From Longimicrobiales bacterium (GTDB lineage: Bacteria > Gemmatimonadota > Gemmatimonadetes > Longimicrobiales > Gaopeijiaceae): DNA of 64,000 bases. How positions within the stretch are numbered: the first letter of the stretch is position 1; every line of letters begins with the position of its first letter. Position numbers and translations under genes: made by a program. Positions 55,134 through 64,000 of the stretch are shown here, in pieces. The stretch spans positions 544,001-608,000 of the forward strand of contig CBDCNQ010000002.1 of the NCBI GenBank assembly GCA_965219445.1, given 5' to 3'. Under the pieces are notes generated by a model. The model was not told the DNA's origin, ran no database searches, and worked only from the letters and a program-made list of their open reading frames with translations.

Positions 55134-55641
55134 GAGGTTGGGTCAATAGGTGTGTAAACGTATCAGGCGGCGTTTTTCCGCTGTTGGGTTGAGACGGGCT
55201 TTCCGTCTTCGAACTTCCTTCCTTCAAACACGTCCTTGAGGAGGTGAGGAGCGTCGAGCCTTCGGAACCGCTTCTCGGCCACCAAGAGCAACTTCCAGAT
55301 CAGCGCCGTAGCGCTCTCGACCCGCTTGAATCGCTTCGCCGCCGTCGTCCTGAGCCGTAGCGCAGCGAACGGGCTCTCGACCACGTTCGTCGTGCGTAGA
55401 TGCTTCCAGTGATCCTCGGGGAAGTCGTAGAACGCCACCATCCGCTCCCAGTCGTCCTCGAGTACGTCCACCGCCTTCGGATACCACGGCCTGTAGCGCC
55501 TGGCGAACACTTCGCGGGCCTTCACAGCCTCGGCCCGGCTCGGTGCGTAGACCACGGCCCTTGAGAAGATCCTTCGCCTCGCTCTGCTCCCGCTGCGGCA
55601 GCCGGTCCAGCACGTTCCTCATCTTGTGGTTCCAGCACCGT
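55134..55641 (-). mobile_element. IS256 3' fragment (copy B, very close to copy A), frameshifted
   Basis: Same IR and C-terminal transposase sequence; similarity stops at about 55641. Confidence 0.9.
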
Positions 55642-55990
55642 CGCTGCGTCGCGGAGGCTGATCAGCACCTTGAAGGCGCTTCCCAACCGGCGCATCAACG
55701 AGGTAGAAGGTCTTCCATTCTTTCCTCTACATACTCGTGCGACTGTCCACTTGGCGGTTGGAGTCGCCGCGGAGTATTTCAATTGCTGAATTTCAACGTG
55801 TTCTGCGTCAACCAAGTTATCGGCGCCAAAGAGTAGGGTGCAGTCCACACCATCCCAGTAGCTTCCATCACCGTTCGTGGCGGTCACCGCCACCTTCTTT
55901 GGCTGGCTGGCGGTGCGGGTATGTGCCGAGGGGTCCGATAGGGTGCGCGCCCATGTGTCGAGATAAATGGCCGTCTTGTTCGACGCTCTC
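55642..55990 (-). pseudogene. Remnant of a PD-(D/E)xK-like nuclease N-terminal domain
   Basis: WDGVDCTLLFG...VEIQQLKYS..WT, cut by the IS256 fragment. Confidence 0.45.
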
Positions 55991-56069
55991 TGCCCACACA
56001 ACACACTGACCTACGGGAGGCGCTCACGGTCGTAAATAGACAGGATTGCGCCTTGTCGTGGACACATCC

Positions 56070-56114
56070 GTGAAAACCATCGCCTACCTCCGTGTTTCCA
56101 CGTGGTCGCAAGAC
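56070..56114 (+). pseudogene. Serine recombinase/resolvase N-terminal stub
   Basis: GTG-KTIAYLRVSTWSQD (YxRVS catalytic motif), then unrelated sequence. Confidence 0.55.
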
Positions 56115-56170
56115 GGCACCTGGCTCAACCACGAACCCAGGAGGCCAAATGTGCCTGCGGCAGAGTGACT

Positions 56171-56488
56171 TCAGTCTCTCGCGACCGCGAACAGACTCTT
56201 CACCGCGACGACCAAGACCGCGCCCCCCAGGAAGAGCACGAGGTTCGCGATGATCCGGGTCATCCCCTCCCCGATGTAGGGGATCGCTCCGACAGCGCTG
56301 GTCGCTACGATCAGCGCGATCGCCGCTAAGAGGAAGGTCTGACTCTCCTTGTCGCTGATATTCAAGAATCCAACGACCAGGCCGAGCACGGCGAGTACCC
56401 AGCCAAACCACGCTTGTTCAAAGCCTAAGCCTCCGGCCACCGCGATCACCAGTCCAACGAGAAAAGCGTACTTCCCCACGAGTGCCAT
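56171..56488 (-). CDS. Small multi-pass membrane protein of unknown function
   Basis: RBS aaggagg; about four hydrophobic helices; GFLNISDKE loop. Confidence 0.8.
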   Translation of the reverse strand: MALVGKYAFLVGLVIAVAGGLGFEQAWFGWVLAVLGLVVGFLNISDKESQTFLLAAIALIVATSAVGAIPYIGEGMTRIIANLVLFLGGAVLVVAVKSLFAVARD

Positions 56489-56571
56489 TGTTCCTCCTTG
56501 CTAGGAAACGGCAGTGCGGATACATGAAACTGTCCCGGGTTTGAGGTCGGGTCAATAGGTGTGTAAACGTT

Positions 56572-57816
56572 TCAGGCGGCTGCTTTGCGCTGATGAGCTG
56601 AGACGGGCTTACCGTCCCTGAACTTCCTTTCTTCAAACACGTCCTTGAGCAGGTTTGGAGCGTCAAGCCTTCTGAAGCGTTTCTCCGCCACCGTCAGGAG
56701 CTTCCAGATGAGGGCGGTAGCACCTGTCGACGCGCTTAAATCGTTTTGCTGCCGACGTGCGGAGCCGTACCGAAGCGAACGGGCTTTCCACCACATTCGT
56801 CGTCCGTAGATGCTTCCAGTGGGCTTCGGGGAAGTCGTAGAACGTGACCATGCGGTCCCAGTCATCCTCGAGCACCGTCACAGCTTTCGGGTACCACGGC
56901 CCATAACGCTTGCCGAACGCCTGACGAGCTTTGAGCGCCGCGGCCCGTGTCGAGGCGTAGACGACTGTGCGCAGCAGTTCCTTGGCCTCTGACTGCCCGC
57001 GCTGCGGCAGCCGATCCAGGATGTTCCTCATCTTGTGATTCCAGCACCGCTGCTCGCCGGCCTCAGGCCACACCGTCCTCGCCGCGCCCCAGATCGCCGC
57101 GTTACCGTCGGCCATCAGTAGCTTCGGCGCTGCGAGGCCTCGAGCCTTGAGACCCCGAAAGACCTCCGCCCACGAGTCCGTTGACTCCCGGTAGCCTGAT
57201 GTGACGGCCAGAACCTCTTTCGTCCCGTCGCGCATGGCTCCCATCACCACCAGCAGCGCCGCTTTGTCTCGCTCCAGGCCCGCCTTCACGTAGATCCCGT
57301 CCGCCCATACGTAGACGACCTCACGGTCCGCCAAGGACCGCTTCGCCCACATCTCGAACTCACTCGACCACACGGCCCTGAGCCTGCGGATCGAAGCCTT
57401 CGACAGCGGCGCCCCCTCACCGAGTGGGCCCCTGAGCGCCAGCTCGAAATCCCCCGCGGCCAACCCGTGTAGGTACAGCTCCGGTATCAACTCCCCTACC
57501 TCCTTCGTCCGTCTCGCAAACAGCGGCAACACCGACTCTCGAAGCGTTCCTCCAGACCCCGTACCCGGGGGCGTCGCACCGTGATCGTGCCCGAACTCAT
57601 CGACAGCCGCCGCGCCTTGCCGTACCCGTTGCGGTAGCCAGGCGCCGCATCCACGGCTGCCTTCCGCTCTGACTTCTCACGGCCGAGGAGCTCGGTGACT
57701 TCCTCCTCCAAGATCTGTTGGATGAACTCCCGGGCCTTTTCACGGACCACTCCCTCCAGGCCCTCCCACAGCGGCATGGTGGACTCGGTCTCGGGTCCCG
57801 CGATATCCTTCCTCAT
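56572..57816 (-). pseudogene. IS256 transposase, two frameshifts
   Basis: Split over ORFs 57496-57846, 56663-57532 and 56572-56865. Confidence 0.9.
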
Positions 57817-58084
57817 GAGGCGACGTTCCTTTCCCCCGGGTGGCAACCCGGGACTCGCTGCTTAATGGTCAGCGGAAAGGTACGTCGCCTCTCTTTTTAC
57901 ACACCCTTCTATGGGGCTGGCGGTCAAGACGCACCTTCCCCACGCGCCGTCGGCTCATTTTTTTGACCGTCGGCGTCCGCATGGTTTGGATTGCCCGGTC
58001 GACGACTCAGGGTGGGGAGGGGTGCGCTCGCAGGGTCCGCATCGCAGTCCGGAAGACGTTCACAGCCGTCGCGTTCTCCGCTCT

Positions 58085-58220
58085 GGAGCGGGAACCATCC
58101 TTCTATCTGGGACTCTGTGGCCCATCGCTTCGTTCGGCTCTCCAGGGGTGCATAGCCTTTGAGTGGGGGCTTGGGCTCTCTGCCCCACGGTGTGTATGGA
58201 TGCTGTCCCCTGTAACCGGT
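58085..58220 (-). ncRNA. Predicted bridge RNA core, copy 2
   Basis: Same guides at 58189-96, 58156-62 and 58099-106; 5-nt deletion in the inner stem. Confidence 0.65.
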
Positions 58221-58289
58221 TCGCTTCCGTTTCGTCGGACCCCATGTTGTGACCGCTTTCGACCCCACGCTCGCCGATCCCGGCCCGGT

Positions 58290-59042
58290 TTACTCCGTCG
58301 CTTCCAGTCTCTTGGGGTCGTACGCTTCGCCCGTGCGCCACACCGCTAGCACGATCGAGGCGAGCTGACGCGCGATCGTCAGCTTCGCCAGATTCGGCTT
58401 CGTGCCCCCCTCTAGGAGTCGCTCGTAGTGGCGGTACAAGGGTTCGTTTTCGGCCCGACCGATCACCGTCGTCGCCGCGCCCTTGAACACACGCTTCAGC
58501 GTGTGGTTGAAGTTCCGATTCAGCCCCCGCGTCTCCGGCAGCTTGGCCAACCACTCCTCCCGGTCGCGCTTCAAGTAGACCGAGCGCCCCGCGCCGTAGG
58601 CCACTCCTCTCGAGCGCAGCACGCTCTTGAGCCGGTTCTTCACCCGCACCGTGTCGCCGACCAAGAAGTCGTAGCTCTTCGCCCGTTCCCCCAGCCGCCT
58701 GAACTGGCCCCGGTTCTTGTAGACCGTCGTCTCCAGTGATCCGATCCGCAGCTTCTCCGCCAGGGCAAACGCGTCCAGCTTGTCGGTCTTCGGGCCCCGG
58801 CTCTTGCCGACCCCCGCCACCGTCAGCTCCTCCACGTGCGGCTTCAGCACCTCGTACAGCCACCCCGACAGCGTCCCTTCTTCCAGGCATAAGTGCCGGT
58901 TCCTCGGAATCCCTCGCAGCACCTCGATCAGCGCCCGCGCGTTCGTCTCCACCACCTGCGAGCCCAAGCGCTTGCCGCTGGGGCCTACAATCCCCAGCGT
59001 GCAGCTCGACGCGTGTGCGTCGAGTCCGATATATCTCTCCAT
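58290..59042 (-). pseudogene. IS110 recombinase with a 303-bp in-frame deletion
   Basis: ...AKLPE|TRGLN...; lacks the equivalent of 40210-40512, including YCGL and RSSS. Confidence 0.9.
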
Positions 59043-59203
59043 CGGCGTTCTCCTCTTGGATAGGTGGGTTGCTTCCTTGCGCGAACAATGATGAACGCGC
59101 ACCCGTTCCCGGAGGAGAACGCCTCTTCGTCTTCGGGCTGCTTCGCTGCTGATCGGTACCGGTAGCGGTCGCCATGCCCCTATGATGCCTTTGATCCTAA
59201 CTC

Positions 59204-59430
59204 CAATAGGATAAGTCGTTGTGCCGGAGCAACGCGCTGGTGGTAGAGCTGTGCAACTTCTCCCAATGGTGCTTCAGTCGTAATTAAGACATCACCCGGT
59301 CGGGGAATGCCACGTTGCATCCAAGAGCCATAGTTCTCAATTGCAATGAATTCTGTAGGCCTACTGATCCGTCCTCTCTTCACAACCTTGGCCGTGATGA
59401 GCGGGACACCAGAAGGTGATTTCGGAGGCA
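59204..59430 (-). pseudogene. hsdS: Fragment of a second HsdS target-recognition domain
   Basis: SGVPLITAKVVK..WMQRGIPRPGDVLITTEAPLGEVAQL..AQRLILL, cut at the IS256 IR. Confidence 0.7.
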
Positions 59431-59878
59431 GAGAGATGAAGGATGGGACCAAGAGAGAGAATGGAAATGAATGGAACGCCCTCCTCGGCGCAGCGAGCAG
59501 GCACCGAACTCGGCGCAGGCGACCGGATCACCCTCGGGCAGGAAGCCGGCACTCTTCAAACGGGTCGCTCGCAACCTCGCCGCCGCCGCCGAGCAGCTAC
59601 ACCCAGCACCCGCGTAACGCCTCTGAGCCTCGCCCCCCCTGCGCCTCGGATGGGTTCACTCCGGGGCGGTGCTCGGCGTCCGCTGCATTCCCGGTTCACG
59701 CACGCCTCACGGATACATCGCCCCGCACAGCATCCAAATCGCTGCTTCCCACCTTCCCCGAGGACGCACCGCACCCTGACCTCGCCCCACCGCTCTTCCG
59801 CAAGGCGAGATCCCGCACTCTCAGCACCCCTGGTGACGGATCCGGGCTAGTCGAGCCGCCTCGGTTGCCGCGGGCCGA

Positions 59879-61448
59879 CTACCGCCTGCCCCGCTCACGC
59901 AAGATCCGAATGGCGGCGCCGAGGTTGTTCTGCGTCATAGCCCAGTCGAGGGGTACTCGATCGCGCGTCCGCTCCTTGAGCGCCTCGGTGAAGGCATCCA
60001 CAGCCTGCTCAAGGCGCTCTGTCCCGCTCTCTCGCTCGCCCAAGGCCGTAAGGGCGACGCCGAGGTTGTTCTGCGTCATAGCCCAGTTGAGGGGCACTCG
60101 ATCGCGCGTCCATTCCTTGAGCGCCTCAGCATAGGCATCCACGGCCTGCTCAAGGCGCTCTGTCCCGCTTTCCCGCTCGCCCAGGGCCGTAAGGGCGCCG
60201 CCGAGGTTGTTTTGCGTCGCGGCCCAGTTGAGAGGCACTCGATCGCGCGTCTGCTCCTTGAGCGCCTCAGCATAGGCATCCACGGCCTGCTCAAGGCGCT
60301 CTGTCCCGCTTTCCCGCTCGCCCATGGCCGAAAGGGCGACGCCGAGGTTGTTTTGCGTCATAGCCCAGTTGAGGGGCACTCGATCGCGCGTCCATTCCTC
60401 GAGCGCCTCGGTGTGGGCATCCACGGCCTGCTCAAGGCGCTCTGTCCCGCTTTCTCGCTCGCCCAAGGCCGTAAGGGCGGCGCCGAGGTTGTTCTGCGTC
60501 ATAGCCCAGTCGAGGGGTACTCGATCGCGCGTCCGCTCGTTGAGCGCCTCAGCATAGGCATCCACGGCCTGCTTCAAGGCGCTCTGTCCCGCTTTCCCGC
60601 TCGCCTAGGGTCTCAAGGGCGACGCCGAGGTTGTTTTGCGTCGTAGCCCAGTCGAGGGGCACCCGATCGCGCGTCTGCTCCTTGAGCGCCTCGGTGAAGG
60701 CATCCACGGCCTGCTCAAGGCGCTCTGTCCCGGGCTCCCGCTCACCCAGGGTCGCCAGGGCGACGCCAAACGCCATATGCAGGGAGGCGCGACGCTCCGA
60801 TTCGACCGTACCGCCTTCGAGCAGGGCGGCGATCTTCTTGATGACGCCGTTCAGGCCCTTCTCCAGCACCCGGCCGCGTGCTTCCGTTCCCGTGATCGGC
60901 GCTGCAACTCTCAGCGCCTCGGCGGTGAGCTGAGCACGGAGATCCTCGTGGAAGTCATCCTGCAGCCTCACGTTAACCAACTCGTAAGGCAGGTCCGCTC
61001 GATGAAGTGTGCCGTCCCCCTCGCGCGGCACGAACCACAAATTTAGTGCTTTTCCGGGATCTTTGACCGAACCGACGACTGCCAAGTCGGCATTCCACGT
61101 TTTCAACACTGTGAGGGTGCCCTTCCGCATGGCTGGCCGCCAATCGTACGCAGCACCAAGTGCTGACACGACACGGGCAGAGCGGACCAATTCGATGCCC
61201 TCAACGCCAGTGAAGGCCTCTTCGACCGTGCTCGTGTCACGTCCGGCAGCATCGTGTTGCAACCAGCACAACACCAAGCGAAATCTCTGTTCAGGAAGCG
61301 GCGGTCTGCTCTTGAAAGCATTGGCGATGGCCAACTGCGTCCGTTGAGGCGACGGCAGGAATTGCGTAAAGAACCCCTTGAGCCAACCCCTTAACACTGC
61401 CAAGACGATGGCGACGATCCAGACGACCGGACTCGTTAACAACTCCAT
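59879..61448 (-). pseudogene. Membrane-anchored TPR-repeat protein, +1 frameshift near 60573
   Basis: ORFs 60549-61448 and 59879-60577 carry the same repeat; gcttcaagg versus consensus gctcaagg. Confidence 0.8.
59915..60765 (-). repeat. 141-bp (47-aa) intragenic tandem repeat, about 6 copies
   Basis: gaggttgtt at 59921, 60062, 60203, 60344, 60485 and 60627; unit RDRVPLDWAMTQNNLG..GERESGTERLEQAVDA..EAL. Confidence 0.92.
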
Positions 61449-61784
61449 TTCGTAGACACTCCCCCCACCTCTTCAGCTCTTGCTCGGGATGAACGCCTCT
61501 GGCGTTCGGCTATCGGACCGACGGCCGCAGTCGTGACCCACGCTCCGGACTTGTGGCGGGCCGTAGCGTCCGGATGGCGCTCGGAGCGACGGCGACGGAA
61601 ACCATGCGGTCGTTTATCCTTACTCAGCGGCTAGGGCCAGAGTCCCGTTCTGGCTGGGGGAATCGCCGGATGGAGGATGTTCCGAACACATCCAGACCGG
61701 ACGGCAGGGCGGAGCCTGCCGAGCAGCCCCGTTACCGACGGGCATCACGCGGTCGCTGAACGGAACACGCCCCTTGCCACGCCA

Positions 61785-62708
61785 TCATGACACCGTACCC
61801 AAGGGCCCGGATCGATACCGGGGGACCTCACGGATTATGCGCCGAGCTAGTGGGAAGGCCCCGGTGGCTGAGAAGATCCACCGGCCAGCATAGAGAACCT
61901 GGAGGAAGTTTTTCCGTTCTACGTTCTCCGGTGCGAGCTCAAAGGGATCTCCTGTGTCAACAGCCTTCACAAGGGCTCCACCGAACCGCCCCCTCGAGTC
62001 AGAGAAGATCTTCCTCACCCGCTCTATGTCGGAAGGGCAGGGAATGTACAGCGTAAGGCAGGGGCCGAGTGGAAAGTGGATCTCCACTCCGGGCACAGCG
62101 AAGCCGGTATTCCCGTGGTAGCCGAAATCTCGCTCGTTGTACATGGCAACGGGGTTGTCACCGATATAGAGGTCCCCGTCAGGCGCCCGGGCCAGCACCC
62201 ACGGTTTAGCGGCAATGATCTGCGCGATCTCCTCGGCCCCGTCTACGATCAGCCCCAAGGAGACGCGCTTGGCGTCTTCTTCCGTTGGTGCTGGGAGCCG
62301 CGCTTCAGACATGTCCTCGGGGACTACGCGATTCACCTTGTCAATGAGGAGCTTGTGCATGTGCAAGATGTTCGTGCGTTGATGCCGTGTGCGAAGGGCC
62401 TGAATCGCTATGAATAGAGACAACTTTGCACGATCGATGTCAGACAGGCCTTGCAGTGACGCATCCTGATGGATGCTCTCGATGATCCCTGCGGTCTGAG
62501 CTTCAACTTCAGCGAGGCCAGGCTCCAGAGTCAGGACATCTTCGTTGCTCTCTACGTCGTAAAAGAAGGCTTCCGCCGCAACGGCCCGCGTCCCGGTGGT
62601 GAAGGATCGGTCAGACGACTTATCAAACACGGCCAAGGCTCCGTCGGCATCTGTGAATCGCCGGAGCAGGAATTGAGGGACGTAGTGTTGAAGTCGGGCG
62701 TTATTCAT
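61785..62708 (-). CDS. DUF4238-like protein
   Basis: QHYVPQFLLRRF N-terminus, IGDNPV, IHFPLGP. Confidence 0.8.
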   Translation of the reverse strand: MNNARLQHYVPQFLLRRFTDADGALAVFDKSSDRSFTTGTRAVAAEAFFYDVESNEDVLTLEPGLAEVEAQTAGIIESIHQDASLQGLSDIDRAKLSLFIAIQALRTRHQRTNILHMHKLLIDKVNRVVPEDMSEARLPAPTEEDAKRVSLGLIVDGAEEIAQIIAAKPWVLARAPDGDLYIGDNPVAMYNERDFGYHGNTGFAVPGVEIHFPLGPCLTLYIPCPSDIERVRKIFSDSRGRFGGALVKAVDTGDPFELAPENVERKNFLQVLYAGRWIFSATGAFPLARRIIREVPRYRSGPLGTVS

Positions 62709-62853
62709 GGGCTCGCTACTAAGCTACTCAATGATGCACGGAACCCGGCATACGGCGAACGCCCGCGTGGACGCACTGACCTGCCCCCCTGAAACGAGAC
62801 CAGGTGCAATGTTAGGATGAGTTGGTCTGAAGCTTTTCAGCGAGGAGGTCAGG

Positions 62854-63134
62854 ATGGGAAGGAAGCGACACACTCTGGAGCAGATCATCACTGCACTGCG
62901 GGAGGCAGAGGTCGGTCTGGCCCGCGGCAAATCCGTGAAGCTGATGAGCCGGGAGCTCGGCATCAGCGAGCAGACGTACTACCGGTGGAGGCGGGAGTAC
63001 GGCGGGATGAAGGTGAGCCAGGGGCACGGCGCCTGAAGGAGTTCGAGCGCGAGAACGGGCGCCTGAAGCGAGCAGTGGCGGACTTGACACTGAACAAGCT
63101 GATCCTGGAGGAAGCGGCGAAGGGAAACTTCTGA
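62854..63134 (+). pseudogene. IS3 OrfA with an internal frameshift near 63021
   Basis: EQIITALRE..TYYRWRREYGGM, then RRLKEFERENGRLKRAVADL in another frame. Confidence 0.85.
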
Positions 63135-63157
63135 GCCCCGAGCGAAGACGCAGGGCG

Positions 63158-63979
63158 GTGGTGCATGTGCGCCAGCGGCTCGGGGCGAGTGAGCGGCATG
63201 CGTGCCGGGTGCTGGGCCAGTCACGGTCGACGCAGCATCGTCGGCGGAAGGTGCGGGCCGACGAGGCGGCGCTTCGCTCGGACGTGATGCGGTTAGCGAG
63301 CCGGTTCGGCCGCTACGGGTACCGCCAGATCACGAACCTGCTGCGGATCGAGGGCTGGCGGGTCAATCACAAGCGTGTGGAGTGGATCTGGCGTAAGGAG
63401 GGGCTAAAAGTGCCCCGAAGGCAGCCGAAACGGGGTCGGCTGTGGCTGAATGATGGCTCGTGCATCCGGCTGAGACCGCTGCATAAGAATCATGTCTGGT
63501 CCTACGACTTCGTGAACGCGCGGACGCACGACGGTCGGCCTCTGAAGCTGCTGACCGTACTCGACGAGTCCACGAGGCAGTGTATGGCGATCAAGGTGGC
63601 TCGGAAGATCCGAGCCCATGACGTGCTCGAGGTGCTGGCCGATCTCTTCGCACGGCACGGGCCGCCCGAGCATCTACGTTCGGACAACGGTCCGGAGTTC
63701 ACGGCCAAGCTCGTGCGGCAGTGGCTAGCCAGGCTCGGCGTCCAGACGCTCTCCATCGAGCCCGGCAGTCCCTGGGAGAACGGCTACAACGAGAGCTTCA
63801 ACGGCAAGCTGAGGGACGAGTTCCTGAACGGGGAGATCTTCTACACACTCCCCGAGGCCGTCATCCTCGTCGAGCAGTGGAGGCGGCTGTACAATACTGT
63901 CCGACCCCACAGCGCCTCGGGTCGGCGACCCGCCGCCCCGGAGGCGATCAAGCCATCGCCTTGGTTCCTTTCTGGCTAG
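63158..63979 (+). CDS. IS3 OrfB integrase core
   Basis: VWSYDF, RSDNGPEF, PGSPWENGYNESFNGKLRDE. Confidence 0.92.
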   Translation: MVHVRQRLGASERHACRVLGQSRSTQHRRRKVRADEAALRSDVMRLASRFGRYGYRQITNLLRIEGWRVNHKRVEWIWRKEGLKVPRRQPKRGRLWLNDGSCIRLRPLHKNHVWSYDFVNARTHDGRPLKLLTVLDESTRQCMAIKVARKIRAHDVLEVLADLFARHGPPEHLRSDNGPEFTAKLVRQWLARLGVQTLSIEPGSPWENGYNESFNGKLRDEFLNGEIFYTLPEAVILVEQWRRLYNTVRPHSASGRRPAAPEAIKPSPWFLSG

Positions 63980-64000
63980 GATGTTCCGTTCAGAGGAGAA

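Larger units (their letters stand above)
57909..59187 (-). mobile_element. IS110/IS1111-type element copy 2 (internally deleted)
   Basis: CCTT at 57905-08 and 59188-91; near-identical to copy 1. Confidence 0.92.
56543..59203 (-). mobile_element. IS256-family element copy C (divergent), upstream IR interrupted by IS110
   Basis: IR GAGGTCGGGTCAATAGGTGTGTAAA at 56543; split IR tttacacac-CCTT (to 57908) and tgatcctaactc (59192-59203). Confidence 0.9.
62777..64000 (+). mobile_element. IS3-family element (IS407-like); right end not seen in the window
   Basis: TGACCTGCCCCC left end; orfA/orfB with GGGAAAC shift site near 63122. Confidence 0.88.

Noticed and set aside
59443..59850. Possible FHA remnant (NGT...LGAGDRITLG)
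   Set aside because: Match too short and the rest is low-complexity
59915..60765. Regularly spaced repeats resembling a CRISPR array
   Set aside because: Contiguous 141-bp in-frame coding repeats with no unique spacers and no cas genes

Overview
High-GC bacterial window; the gene content (TonB, NHL/PAL-like, DUF5916, penicillin acylase) suggests Gemmatimonadota or similar, which is inference only. Positions 1-37.3 kb are mostly core and secreted-enzyme genes: metalloprotease, TonB/TPR, beta-propellers, 2-oxoacid:ferredoxin oxidoreductase, acetoacetate use, and a TetR-TolC-HlyD-ABC efflux operon, plus an IS3 and a few gene remnants. Positions 37.3-64 kb form an IS-riddled defence island. It holds a type I R-M operon with an embedded HEPN toxin, an MNT antitoxin fused to HsdS, and a second Zn-ribbon/HEPN gene. 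It also holds a graspetide-like RiPP pair and a HigA-HTH/nuclease-like giant gene split by a 14-bp duplication. Two IS110/IS1111 elements sit at the same CCTT site inside the terminal repeat of two different IS256 copies, and their 3' non-coding region carries a readable bridge-RNA-like structure whose guides match that target.
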